Source: a virus (lineage: Duplodnaviria; Caudoviricetes). From it: DNA of 64,000 bases. The DNA lies in IMG/VR virus record IMGVR_UViG_2832410175_000003, positions 96,001 through 160,000 of that record, one strand, 5' to 3'. Positions 18,623-28,352 of the stretch are shown here, one piece after another. How positions within the stretch are numbered: position 1 is the stretch's first letter; each line of letters begins with the position of its first letter. Under the pieces are notes generated by a model. That model did not search any database. It was not told the DNA's origin and saw only the letters and a list, made by a program, of their open reading frames with translations. The position numbers and the translations under genes are program-made.

Positions 18623-18947
18623 GAAAAACTGCGATAGAGACGGTCGCGTGAGGACAAAAACATGTGCGTTTCGCGTTTCACCCAAAGAATATGAACAGAT
18701 CGAACTAGCTGTTTCTCTCAGTGGAATGATGAAACAAGATTACCTTCTAAATAAGGCGCTTGATCGGCAATTTGTCATCCAAGGTAATTGTAAGGTTCAC
18801 CGAGCTGTTTGCGATAGACTCGACGCTTTGTTGGTGAAGCTACAAGCATTAAACGACCTGAACGGATACAATGACTATTTATCCGCTGATATAAAAATGA
18901 TTGCTCAGCTAATAAAGCAACTGTATTCGTCGGGCGACAGTGAATAA
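18615..18947 (+). CDS. MobC/MobA-like ribbon-helix-helix protein
   Basis: RTKTCAFRVSPKEYEQI...SGMMKQDY, a type seen downstream of IME integrases. Confidence 0.6.
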   Translation: MSKKNCDRDGRVRTKTCAFRVSPKEYEQIELAVSLSGMMKQDYLLNKALDRQFVIQGNCKVHRAVCDRLDALLVKLQALNDLNGYNDYLSADIKMIAQLIKQLYSSGDSE

Positions 18948-18955
18948 CTTCTTCT

Positions 18956-18978
18956 TTTTTGATACATTTTTTGATACA
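18956..18978 (+). repeat. Direct repeat TTTTTGATACA x2, putative integrase arm-type sites
   Basis: Two copies between int and the att core. Confidence 0.55.
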
Positions 18979-19075
18979 AAAAAATGTGTACTCAGAATAA
19001 CATGGATAATACAAATAATATACCACAAAATATAGAATATATGTGCGTATGGACACCACAAGATATATTCTTGAA

Positions 19076-19090
19076 ATTGAGTGGGAATAA
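19076..19090 (+). other. attR core: duplicated 3' end of guaA
   Basis: ATTGAGTGGGAATAA encodes IEWE-stop, the conserved GMP synthase C-terminus, here outside any guaA ORF. Confidence 0.75.
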
Positions 19091-19186
19091 TCTTCTCTGG
19101 CTAACATCTTGAAAACGCAAAAAAATTTTTGCAACACTTTTGTAACACGTTAGTAATTTTCGAATACGAAACATCCTAAAAAATTG

Positions 19187-19230
19187 GCCGCCAACTCGCT
19201 TGCCCATTCCGAGTTGGCGGCTTCTTTTTT
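19187..19230 (+). terminator. Intrinsic terminator
   Basis: GCCGCCAACTCG/CGAGTTGGCGGC hairpin plus T-tract. Confidence 0.75.
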
Positions 19231-19401
19231 GTGTTAATGTGTATACACACAGTCAAATTATTATACAGACGAGTGAGATCCCGTCAAGATTTATGCGAAA
19301 AATTATTTGCAGACTCGATAAGGTACAATAAGTTACGCAAACTAAAAAGATAGCGTATAATCAAGTTCGCAAAAGCAAATAGGCAATAGCCAAGCCATCA
19401 G

Positions 19402-19515
19402 GGCTCTTGTAAAATGAGATAGTTGTCGAAAAAAACATGATGTAAAGGAGAGACCCTAATGGCTCACAAAAAGAATACCACAAATCTGACAGAATTGCTA
19501 CTGCAATGTGTGACG
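19402..19515 (+). pseudogene. 5' stub of an IS256-family element
   Basis: IR-like GGCTCTTGTAAAA, RBS, MAHKKNTTNLTELLLQC, then similarity is lost. Confidence 0.5.
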
Positions 19516-19608
19516 CGGTCATCCAGGCAGGGATTGCTGCACTATGCTGTTATGAGAATGCAATATATATATTGAAGAAAAAGTACAGCGGTTTGCAAAG
19601 CAAGCAGC

Positions 19609-21115
19609 GGGACTATCCCGAATTCTGTGTAACCGCCCAAATGCGGTATAAAATAGAACTTATATTTCAAGGCGGGAGCGGCGTTGGCTGCGCCCGCCTT
19701 GTTTACAACATAACGCCGACATGGGCGGAAGTCAAGGGACACCCTCGTCCATTGGAGCCTCGCCGGCGGCGTAGCGCCCCTTGACCTTCGAGCCGGGTTG
19801 TTAATCAGGCATCCGATCCTCAAAATAGATTGCCAGCTGGGCATGAATCATACTCCAGTCCTGTCTGTGGCCGGTCCACTTCCGGGTAATATCCATCATC
19901 GCCAGATACAGCATCTTAAACAGGCTGTCATCGGTCGGAAATACAGATTTTGCTTTTGTCACTTTGCGAAGCTGACGGTTGAAGCCTTCGATAGTGTTGG
20001 TCGTATAGATCAGCCGCCGAAGTTCTTGAGGAAACTTAAAATAAGTGCTGAGATTTGCCCAGTTATCCCTCCATGACTGAGAAATCTTAGGATACTTCTT
20101 GCCCCAGTGTTCTGCAAACGTGTCTAACGCGTCCAAAGCAGCCGGTTCATCTACCGCTGCGTAGACTGCTTTCAAGTCAGCCATAAGTGCCTTCAAATCC
20201 TTGTAGGAGACATATTTGCTGGAATTTCGAATCTGGTGAATAATGCGGTTTTGAATCTCAGTTTTAGGGAAAACTGCCTCAATCGCCGCAGAAAACCGGT
20301 CAAATTATCCGTACAGGCAATGAAAACATCCTCGACACCCCGATTTTTCAGGCTGTTCCGTACGGTAGCCCAGAATTTCACACTTTCGTTCTCGCCAACC
20401 CACATACCGAGAACATCCTTATGCCCGTCCAGATCAATGCCGATCGCGATATAAACGGCCTTCTTCACGATATATCCCTCACTGCGTACATGATAGTGAA
20501 TCGCATCCAGGAAAACAACCGCATAAATGGACTCCAGCGGCCTCTGCTGCCACTCTTTCGCTACGGGAAGGTTTGGAAGGTTTTATCTGTGATACGGCTT
20601 ACTGTGGTATCAGAGACATCTACGCCGTAAATATCCTGAATATGTGCTTCGATATCGCTGGTCGTCATGCCCTTGCATACATCGACAGGATCTTCTCCTC
20701 GATGTCCTGGCTGACGCTGGTCTGATTTTTCCGCAGCACCTTGGGTTCGAATTCGCTCTTGCGATCCCACGGCACAGATACCTCTACATCGTCAAAACTG
20801 GTGCGCAGGGTTTTGATGCTGTGCCCGTTCCGGCTGTTATCCGTGTCCTTGTTCTTGTAGTCATACCGGCTGTAGCCCAGCTGATCGTCCAGCTCGGCCT
20901 CCAGACCGTTTTCCATGAACTCCGCGATAGTGTCATTGAACAGTTCCTGAATGTCATCCATGCTGCCTACATTCGCCAGCTGCAGCAACTCACGAATTTT
21001 TCACGACGTGTGTTTTCTTCTGGGGTTTTTCCCTTCTTGCCATTGTGATTACCTCCGTCATCCTACTTCTATTCTACACCTTGTTGGAGGTTTACACAAA
21101 GTTTGGGATGGAGTC
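19609..21115 (-). mobile_element. Degenerate IS256-family insertion sequence (frameshifted transposase)
   Basis: Fragments 20665-20988, 20193-20468, 19801-20196 (IYTTNTIEGFNRQLRK); imperfect terminal IRs ATCCCgAAtTcTGTGTAA / ATCCCaAAcTtTGTGTAA. Confidence 0.9.
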
Positions 21116-21212
21116 ACAACAGCAGATAAAACTTGGCAGTTCCGCCTAAATTTTCGGCAGCACTACCAATTTTTACTTTGCAATTTCGGTGATACTGCCA
21201 GATGCTCTGTGC

Positions 21213-21242
21213 TTGACATTAACCGATCCGTTGCGTTATAAT
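21213..21242 (+). promoter_or_regulatory. tRNA promoter
   Basis: TTGACA-N18-TATAAT. Confidence 0.8.
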
Positions 21243-21269
21243 TTTTATGCAAAGTTTATTAGCCGAATC

Positions 21270-21345
21270 GGGGGCGTAGCTCAGCTGGGAGAGCGTTTGA
21301 CTGGCAGTCAAGAGGTCATGGGTTCGATCCCCACCGTCTCCACCA
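21270..21345 (+). tRNA. tRNA-Ala(GGC)
   Basis: 76-nt cloverleaf, anticodon GGC, G3.U70 identity pair, GGTTCGA T-loop, encoded CCA. Confidence 0.97.
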
Positions 21346-21372
21346 AAATGTGTTGATGAAAGATGCAACGCC

Positions 21373-21402
21373 GAAAACGCCGCACGAAAGTGCGGCGTTT
21401 TC
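21373..21402. terminator. Hairpin terminator after the tRNA
   Basis: GAAAACGCCGCAC-gaaa-GTGCGGCGTTTTC. Confidence 0.8.
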
Positions 21403-21739
21403 GCATATAATGTGCCACTTTTGGAATGAAAAAGTTGCAAAAACTCGATTTTTCAAAATTTCAGTTTTCCCCCGCGAGAGGCGACATTTCAGAGATGCAG
21501 CCGGTCGTTTTTATGGACTGGTGTAACTCGAACACCGAGGCTTAAAAAAGAATAAAGAATAAGAAGGCAGGCCGCCGTTCGGCTCCCTATGTGGGAGCGG
21601 ACGGCGGCCTTTTTCGTCTCATTGGTGCTTATGTTGCTTTCGCTTCGTTTGTCTGCCATTCCTTGGTGGTGTTGGTAATAGCTTTCTCGTAACCTTTCGA
21701 GTATGCTTGCGTTACAAAAAACGAAGGAGGTATCCGAGA

Positions 21740-22171
21740 ATGGCAACTACCAAAAACTTGTGTGCTCAGATTCCCATCGACCTACATGAGCGGGTCAGCG
21801 AAGAACGGGAACGGCTGGGCCAGACCACCAGCGAGTACATCGCCAACCTCATCCAAGGCTATTACAACATGATGGAAAATCAGAAAGGCGGCATTCAAAT
21901 GACTGAAAAAGGCAGAACCATGGCATTCCAGATTCCCGAAGAACTCTTCCAGCGCATCAAGCGTCACTTGGAGCGCGAGATGCTCCGCAGCGGCAAAAAG
22001 CTCACTCAGCGAGACTTCGTGCTGAACCTGATCACGCAGGCGCTGGACGAAGCGGACGCTGAGAACGCCGCAGAGCAGAACGCCCCCACTGAGCCCCCTG
22101 TCGCGCCCCATGTGGCCGACGTGATCACTCCAGCGGACACGGACACCCCCAACGAAGATAACGCCGTGTAA
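21740..22171 (+). CDS. Putative tandem ribbon-helix-helix regulator
   Basis: KNLCAQIPIDLHERV and RTMAFQIPEELFQRI repeats; AAGGAGG RBS. Confidence 0.7.
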   Translation: MATTKNLCAQIPIDLHERVSEERERLGQTTSEYIANLIQGYYNMMENQKGGIQMTEKGRTMAFQIPEELFQRIKRHLEREMLRSGKKLTQRDFVLNLITQALDEADAENAAEQNAPTEPPVAPHVADVITPADTDTPNEDNAV

Positions 22172-22212
22172 GCCTGCAAACGCCGAAGTAAAAAAACGAA
22201 TCATACATGGAG

Positions 22213-22259
22213 AAAGCCGCCCTGGGCATCTGAGATCATCAGATGCCCAGGGCGGCTTT
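22213..22259. terminator. Perfect 21-bp inverted repeat / terminator
   Basis: AAAGCCGCCCTGGGCATCTGA-gatca-TCAGATGCCCAGGGCGGCTTT. Confidence 0.75.
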
Positions 22260-22294
22260 TTGCGTTTCATCAAAGAAAGAAGGAGGCACACATC

Positions 22295-23212
22295 ATGGCA
22301 AGCGAGATCAGAAATCGCTTCACAGACACAGAAATGCAGATCGCCAGAGAGACGGACCTGCCAGAGCTGCTCTCCCACCTCGGCTATCAGGTCAAGCGCG
22401 TGGGACGCTTCCATACTACCGCGGAGATGGACAGCCTGCGGATCAAGGACCGGCGTACCTGGTTCCGGTATTCCCAGAATACCGGCGGGGATGCCATCAC
22501 CTTTCTCCAGCAGTTTTGCGGAAAATCCTTTCCGGAAGCGGTGGAGTACCTGCTGACCTTCCACGGGAAAGCCAGAGACGCACCCGCTCCACAGCCAAAG
22601 TCAATCAGCCAGAAGCAGGCGCTTTCCCTGCCGCCCCGCAATGCGGATGACAGAAGGGTCTTCGCCTATCTCCGTAAGCGGGGTATCGCTGCCCAGGTGA
22701 TCCGACAATTTCTGAATGCCGGTCTGCTGTATGAGGATGCGGTACATCATAACTGCGTCTTCGTCGGCAGAGATGAGTCCGGACAGGCAAAGTTCGCGGG
22801 GCTGCGCGGCACCTATGATCTGGACAGCCCCGGCTTCAAGGGGGATGCACCCGGCAGCGACAAAAGCACAGGCTTCTCCCTCCCGCACGATCCGCGGTCA
22901 GATCTGGTGCGTGTTTTTGAAGCGCCCATCGACCTGATGAGTTACCTCACGCTCCATAGAGACGCAACCAACGCCGTTGCTCTGTGCGGGCTCTATGACG
23001 GCGCACTGCAGACCTATTTGCAGGCGCATCCGGAGATCCGCCGTATTGCACTGTGTCTGGACGCGGACGAGCCTGGGCAGAAAGCCGCTCGGCAATTACA
23101 GGAAAAGTATCAGTTACAGGGGTATGCCGTTGTCGTGGAGAAACCGCGCTGCGGCAAGGATTGGAACGAGTATCTGCAAAGAAAGATTTGCAGCCGGGAA
23201 AGGGGGCGATAG
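22295..23212 (+). CDS. DUF3991/TOPRIM primase-like protein
   Basis: YLRKRGI, VFEAPIDLMSY, LCLDADEPG, KDWNEYL. Confidence 0.8.
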   Translation: MASEIRNRFTDTEMQIARETDLPELLSHLGYQVKRVGRFHTTAEMDSLRIKDRRTWFRYSQNTGGDAITFLQQFCGKSFPEAVEYLLTFHGKARDAPAPQPKSISQKQALSLPPRNADDRRVFAYLRKRGIAAQVIRQFLNAGLLYEDAVHHNCVFVGRDESGQAKFAGLRGTYDLDSPGFKGDAPGSDKSTGFSLPHDPRSDLVRVFEAPIDLMSYLTLHRDATNAVALCGLYDGALQTYLQAHPEIRRIALCLDADEPGQKAARQLQEKYQLQGYAVVVEKPRCGKDWNEYLQRKICSRERGR

Positions 23213-23267
23213 CCAAAAGAACAGCATTTTCAACGCGGATAAAAAACAAAAAATATAAGGAGGATCT

Positions 23268-26200
23268 ATGAATCTGAAACAGAACCATTATTCCCGCAGG
23301 GCGCTGGCACTGCTGCTGACGCTGGTCATGTGCGTGGGCATGATCCCCACCGCCTTTGCCGCGCAGCAGAACAGCTACCACGACCCCGCCGAGCACTGGA
23401 TGCAGGCATCCGGCCGCACCAACGAGCTGGACGCCAACAGTGTCGTGACCCGCGAGACCTTCAAGTGCGGTGAGTGCGGCAAAGCCACATCTTTTGAGGT
23501 GTTCCGCGTTCCCGAATATACCCGCAATGGTCAGCCGGCACTCAGCCGCAATGTGAAATATTCGGACGGCACGATGGTGGATGGCGTCGGTAAGGGTGAT
23601 ACAATGGACGGTATTCCCGGCAAGGACGCCGCCTACACCGGATATCACTACACCAAAGCCGTCTGCGAAACCTGCGGCGGCATCAACACAAATATGAGCA
23701 AAAGCGAGTACGGCTATCTGAAGAATGTCTACTGGCTGTACGACTGTGCCGCCGCATTTACGCAGGAACTGGATGAAACCGTGACCTACGAATACACGGA
23801 TGATACCTATCACACTGTCACCACTAAAGGCGGCACCTACTGCGCGTTCTGCTACGGTACCAATCATACGGTCAGCCGCAAGCTGGAGCGCCACGATATG
23901 GTGACGGAAGTCCTGCCCCAGCCGGCGAATGGCCGCTTTGCAGTGGTGGAGAAGTGTAGCCTGTGCGACTACGTCCACTATGACTACACGGCGGCAAAGG
24001 CGGTTGTTGCGGACTATTACGGCGTGGTTGACGGAAAGCCCCACACCATCACGGTCAGCGATCTCTCCGAAGCCGGTGTCCGCACCTCTATCCGCTACGG
24101 CAACAGTGCGGATAGCTGCACCATGACCTCCGCACCCAACTACACGGAGGAAGGTCAGTACATGGTCTACTACGAGATCACCTACAGCTACAAGGGCGTG
24201 GAGATGACCGAGAACGGCGTAGCGAAGGTTTGGCTCCGTGACGAATCCACCAAGGATGACGGCTCTTGTGCCTGCGGCTGCGGGAATCCAAACTGCGGCT
24301 GCCAGAACAAGAATTGCAACGGAAATTGCTGCACCGACAAGGGCTGCGGTGAAAACCACAAGTATATTCTGCTGGACAGCACCAAGGCCGGCTGCACCAC
24401 CCTCGGCTATGACCGCTACCTCTGCACGGACTGCGGCAAGATCGAAAAGCGCGACTATGTGGACTCCCTCGGTCACGCATGGCAGAGCATCGTCATCCGC
24501 GACGCCACCTGCGAAACGGACGGCAAGCTGCTGGAACTGTGCTCCCGCTGCGGCGAAATGAAGCAGACTGCCACCCCCAAGGGCGAACATAAGTACAGAA
24601 CCTATCCCGTAGCTGCTACCTGCACGACTCCCGGTTACACCGTCCGAGAGTGCTCCGTCTGCGGCGACCGTCATATCGAGGACATCACGGCGGCGCTGCC
24701 TCACAATTACGAATCCCATGTCATCGCCGCTACCTGCGAAACCGGCGGCAAGACCATCCACCGCTGCGACGGCTGCGGCAGCAGTTTCGTCACAGACTAC
24801 ACCGATGCGCTCGGTCATAGCTGGGATAAGGGAACCCTCGTCACCAACGCCACCTGCACCGGCGAGGGCGTGATGGAATACCGCTGTACCCGCTGCGGCT
24901 ATCACCGCATCGAGGGTAACAAGGCGGCAGGTCATGTGCCCGGTACGCCTGCGACTTGCACAGAACCCCAGCTTTGCACCAAGTGCGGCGCAGTGCTGAA
25001 AAACGCGCTGGGACATGATTACAAGTCCGAAGTGACCGCCCCCACCTGCACGGAGATGGGCTACACCACCAACACCTGCACCCGCTGCGGCGATACCACC
25101 AAGACCGACTATACCGAGCCTGCCGGTCATAAACCCAGCGACTGGATCGTTGACAAGCAGCCGACCACCGACTCTGAGGGTAGCAAGCACAAGGAGTGTA
25201 CCGTGTGTGGCGAAAAGCTGGAGACACAGCCCATTGAAAAGATCTACAACAGCGCCACCACGGACAGCAGGGGTGAGGCCATTGTGGGCGGATACCTTGT
25301 GACCGTCACGGATACCGACACCAAGAATCCCGTAGCAAACGCCGCCGTGGCGCTCCATAAGGATAACAGCATCTCCATCCGTCTGCCGAACAGCCGCCTG
25401 CTGGACTACGCCGACCAGACCACCGTGACCGTGCAGCTTGTAAAGGACAAGAGCGCTGTGCCGAACATGAGCATCGCTGTCACGGACAAGAACGACAACT
25501 ATGCCACAGACAAAACGAACAAGGCAGGTCAGATCACCGTTCCCACCGGCAGCGGCGTGACCAATGAGGACGGCAAGGTCACTACTGGCTATGAGGACGC
25601 GGACGGCGACCGCTGGACGCTGACCGTCAAGGTCATCCGCACGGACACGAAGCGCCCCATCTCCGGCAGTGCAGTGTCCATCGGCAAGACCGGCAATATC
25701 ACAGTGAAGCTGCCGGACGGCGCGGATCTGGACGCCAAGCATCAGGTGACGGTCATTGTCACCGACCACAAGAAGGCTCCCCAGCAGGGCAAAAATGTTG
25801 CGGTCAAGGGCGATCTCGGCCAGTCTGCCGCAGGCAAGACCGACAAAAACGGTGAGCTGACCGTCCCCGAAGTGGAGCAGACCGAGCGCCACGGCGTTTA
25901 CATCGTCGGCTACACGGACGGCACCTTTGGCCCCAGCCGCAGCATGACCCGCAGTGAAGCCGCCGCGATTTTCGCAAGACTGCTTGCCGAGAAGAACGGC
26001 GATACCATTTCCACAGCCGCAACAACCAAGTTCGCGGATATTCCGGCTCATGCCTGGTATAGCGGCTATGTGAAATACCTCGCCAACAACGGCATTACCT
26101 ACGGCAAGAGCAAGACCATCTTTGCCCCCAACGATGCCATTACCCGTGCTGAGTTTACCACGATGGCTGTCCGTTTCTTTGATGTGTACGGCGACGGCGA

Positions 26201-26534
26201 TGCGGAGATCATGGAGCAGTTCAGCGGCTTCCACGATGTTTCTTCCGGCTATTGGGCGGCTGAATACATCAAGTACGCGGCGCTCCACGGCTGGATCAAT
26301 GGCTACGGGGACGGCTCGTTCCACGCAGAGCGCGAGATCAACCGCGCCGAGGTTGTCACCATCGTCAACCGCCTGCTGGGACGCGAAGCGGACGAGGACT
26401 ACATCGCGGACAATCTCCGTAAGCTGAACACCTTCCCGGATGTCAGCCGCAAGCATTGGGCGTATTATGCCGTCATGGAAGCCGCCAACGCTCACACTGC
26501 TGTGCTTGGCGAGAGCGAAAGCTGGAACAAGTAA
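23268..26534 (+). CDS. Secreted surface protein with Cys/His repeats and three C-terminal SLH domains
   Basis: Signal peptide; repeated ATCxxxG...CxxCG...GH units; SLH motifs TRSEAA, TRAEF, NRAEV. Confidence 0.88.
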   Translation: MNLKQNHYSRRALALLLTLVMCVGMIPTAFAAQQNSYHDPAEHWMQASGRTNELDANSVVTRETFKCGECGKATSFEVFRVPEYTRNGQPALSRNVKYSDGTMVDGVGKGDTMDGIPGKDAAYTGYHYTKAVCETCGGINTNMSKSEYGYLKNVYWLYDCAAAFTQELDETVTYEYTDDTYHTVTTKGGTYCAFCYGTNHTVSRKLERHDMVTEVLPQPANGRFAVVEKCSLCDYVHYDYTAAKAVVADYYGVVDGKPHTITVSDLSEAGVRTSIRYGNSADSCTMTSAPNYTEEGQYMVYYEITYSYKGVEMTENGVAKVWLRDESTKDDGSCACGCGNPNCGCQNKNCNGNCCTDKGCGENHKYILLDSTKAGCTTLGYDRYLCTDCGKIEKRDYVDSLGHAWQSIVIRDATCETDGKLLELCSRCGEMKQTATPKGEHKYRTYPVAATCTTPGYTVRECSVCGDRHIEDITAALPHNYESHVIAATCETGGKTIHRCDGCGSSFVTDYTDALGHSWDKGTLVTNATCTGEGVMEYRCTRCGYHRIEGNKAAGHVPGTPATCTEPQLCTKCGAVLKNALGHDYKSEVTAPTCTEMGYTTNTCTRCGDTTKTDYTEPAGHKPSDWIVDKQPTTDSEGSKHKECTVCGEKLETQPIEKIYNSATTDSRGEAIVGGYLVTVTDTDTKNPVANAAVALHKDNSISIRLPNSRLLDYADQTTVTVQLVKDKSAVPNMSIAVTDKNDNYATDKTNKAGQITVPTGSGVTNEDGKVTTGYEDADGDRWTLTVKVIRTDTKRPISGSAVSIGKTGNITVKLPDGADLDAKHQVTVIVTDHKKAPQQGKNVAVKGDLGQSAAGKTDKNGELTVPEVEQTERHGVYIVGYTDGTFGPSRSMTRSEAAAIFARLLAEKNGDTISTAATTKFADIPAHAWYSGYVKYLANNGITYGKSKTIFAPNDAITRAEFTTMAVRFFDVYGDGDAEIMEQFSGFHDVSSGYWAAEYIKYAALHGWINGYGDGSFHAEREINRAEVVTIVNRLLGREADEDYIADNLRKLNTFPDVSRKHWAYYAVMEAANAHTAVLGESESWNK

Positions 26535-26621
26535 ATCGTATCCCTCTGCGGGTGGTCTGATAGCAGACCACCCGCATTTTTATCCAAATCTAAAAACACT
26601 CAAAATAAAGGAGAACTGAAT

Positions 26622-26996
26622 ATGCTGAAGATCACTGCCATTGGCAACCTGACCCACGATGTGGAACTGAAGATGAACGAGAATACCGGCAAGCCCTACG
26701 CCATCCTGCGGATCGCCTCGGACCGCCGCTACAAGGATAAGGCCGGCAACCGTCTCACCGACTTTATCTCCATCAAGGTGCGCGGCCCTCTGGCCGAGCG
26801 CTGCGCTGAGTTTGCCTGGAAGGGCTGCAAGTTGGCGGCGTTCGGTGATTTCGAGACCATCACCTTTGAGAATGAGCCGGAGCGTCAGCCCGGTTTCCTC
26901 ATCAAGGCCAGCGATGTGGAGTTCCTGTCTCCCCGCAAGGCGGAGGACGCGGCACAGGCTGTGGATGCTGAGACTGTCTGTGAGGATGCCGCCTGA
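26622..26996 (+). CDS. ssb: Single-stranded DNA-binding protein
   Basis: ITAIGNLTHDVELK OB fold. Confidence 0.8.
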   Translation: MLKITAIGNLTHDVELKMNENTGKPYAILRIASDRRYKDKAGNRLTDFISIKVRGPLAERCAEFAWKGCKLAAFGDFETITFENEPERQPGFLIKASDVEFLSPRKAEDAAQAVDAETVCEDAA

Positions 26997-27973
26997 TGAA
27001 AAATACCGGGATCACATATACCAGTGCTGAACGCAGCCCTGTGATCCTGCCGGAGATGGCCGAGCTGCTCCCGCCTTTGAGCGCGGAGCAGTCTGCCGCT
27101 CTGGAAGAGGATCTGCTGCGAAACGGCTGTTACGCCCCCATCATCGTCAATGAGGACATGGTGATCATCGACGGGCACAACCGTCAGGCGCTGTGCGAAA
27201 AGCATGGTCTGCTCTATATGATGGCGGTGTTTTCCTTTGAGGATTTGCTGGAAGCCAAGCAGTGGGCGCTGGACACACAGAAAAATCGCAGAAATCTGGA
27301 AAAGTGGGAGCTGGGCAAGATCGCCCTGAAGCTGAAGCCGGAGATTGAGGCAAAAGCCAGGGCAAATATGGTAGCCGGTGGGCAGAATTATCGTCCGAAG
27401 GAAGGTTTGACAACATTGTCAAACCTTCCTTCAGTAGAAACTGCTGTCAATACTCGTAAAGAACTGGCGGATGCTGTTGGTATCGGTGAGGTCACGATGG
27501 GCAAGGTCATGCAGATCGATGAGAACGCCCCGGAGGTCATCAAGGAGGCTCTGGATAAGAAGAAACTGTCCATCAACAAGGGCTATGACCTGACCCGGCA
27601 GCTTCAGGACCTTCCGGAAGAGCAGCGGGAGCAGGCGGCCGCCGAAGCGCTGGAATACGAAAAAGCGAAAAAAGAACTGAAAAAGCAGGATGCCGAGATC
27701 GACCGGAAAGGAAAGATCGCGGCGCTTTTCTGCAAAGCGTATGAAAAAGCCGTCCTGCTGACGCCGTCCGAAGAAAATATCCGCTGCTGGACGGACGGGA
27801 CGCGAATGACTCCGGAGGAAATGCGGGATACCGTGAAGGAATCCCGCGAGCTGGCGGAGGTGTTCCGGACGATTGCGGATATCATCGAGCAGAAGATCCT
27901 GCCCGCGGATTGGAGGTGTGCCGATGCAGAAAGCGAAGAAAACGATGCCCAGCCGGACGGGAATCCCGCCTGA
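26996..27973 (+). CDS. ParB/Srx N-terminal domain protein
   Basis: PIIVNEDMVIIDGHNR, QKNRRNL, HTH-like segment. Confidence 0.75.
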   Translation: MKNTGITYTSAERSPVILPEMAELLPPLSAEQSAALEEDLLRNGCYAPIIVNEDMVIIDGHNRQALCEKHGLLYMMAVFSFEDLLEAKQWALDTQKNRRNLEKWELGKIALKLKPEIEAKARANMVAGGQNYRPKEGLTTLSNLPSVETAVNTRKELADAVGIGEVTMGKVMQIDENAPEVIKEALDKKKLSINKGYDLTRQLQDLPEEQREQAAAEALEYEKAKKELKKQDAEIDRKGKIAALFCKAYEKAVLLTPSEENIRCWTDGTRMTPEEMRDTVKESRELAEVFRTIADIIEQKILPADWRCADAESEENDAQPDGNPA

Positions 27974-28352
27974 CGCGCAGGCGGAGATTTTGCAAAAGCT
28001 GTCCGCCGAGACGAAGATCACTTCCTGTGAGATCGCGGAGATCTTGAAAAAGCATGATGTCTGCGGAGATATGTATGCGCTCCAGGACGCCTACCGGAAA
28101 CGGCTGGGACAGCGGCTCCTGTCCAGCATCCGGGACGAGAACGGCAAGCGGGAAATCCTCTCCACCAGCGGCGGCGAGTATGTCATCGTAGATTGCTGCA
28201 ATGACCCACAGAAGTTGAAAGCCATTCAGCGCCGCATTCAGGCGCAGATGAATGGGCTGGATGTGTCTGCCGGGAAGGTGCATGGGCGCGTTCACTTTTT
28301 AGAGCGTTTTGCGGGCTGGGTAAGAAAGGAGCGGTCAGATGGAGCAGCATGA
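27924..28352 (+). CDS. Hypothetical protein
   Basis: GGAGG RBS; overlapping operon arrangement. Confidence 0.65.
   Translation: MQKAKKTMPSRTGIPPDAQAEILQKLSAETKITSCEIAEILKKHDVCGDMYALQDAYRKRLGQRLLSSIRDENGKREILSTSGGEYVIVDCCNDPQKLKAIQRRIQAQMNGLDVSAGKVHGRVHFLERFAGWVRKERSDGAA

Larger units (their letters stand above)
1..19090 (+). mobile_element. Right arm of an integrated temperate prophage (replication and nucleotide-metabolism module plus integration module)
   Basis: Dense co-oriented phage-type genes (SSAP, SSB, helicase, primase, Pol III alpha, thyX, nrdDG, dut) ending in a tyrosine integrase and an att core; left end lies outside the window. Confidence 0.85.

Noticed and set aside
19601-21123. 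Target-site duplication for the IS256 remnant
   Set aside because: Flanks CAAGCAGC and ACAACAGC match only partly, so no TSD is called
21270-21500. tRNA-Ala as the ICE integration site
   Set aside because: Plausible by position, but no duplicated tRNA 3' end or ICE integrase is visible in the window
24240-25230. Repetitive DNA as a CRISPR array or DGR template/variable repeats
   Set aside because: Repeats are degenerate protein-level Cys/His units; there are no identical spaced repeats, cas genes or reverse transcriptase in the window
22947-26495. 1182-aa minus-strand ORF
   Set aside because: Antisense shadow of the GC3-rich SLH protein gene; no motifs
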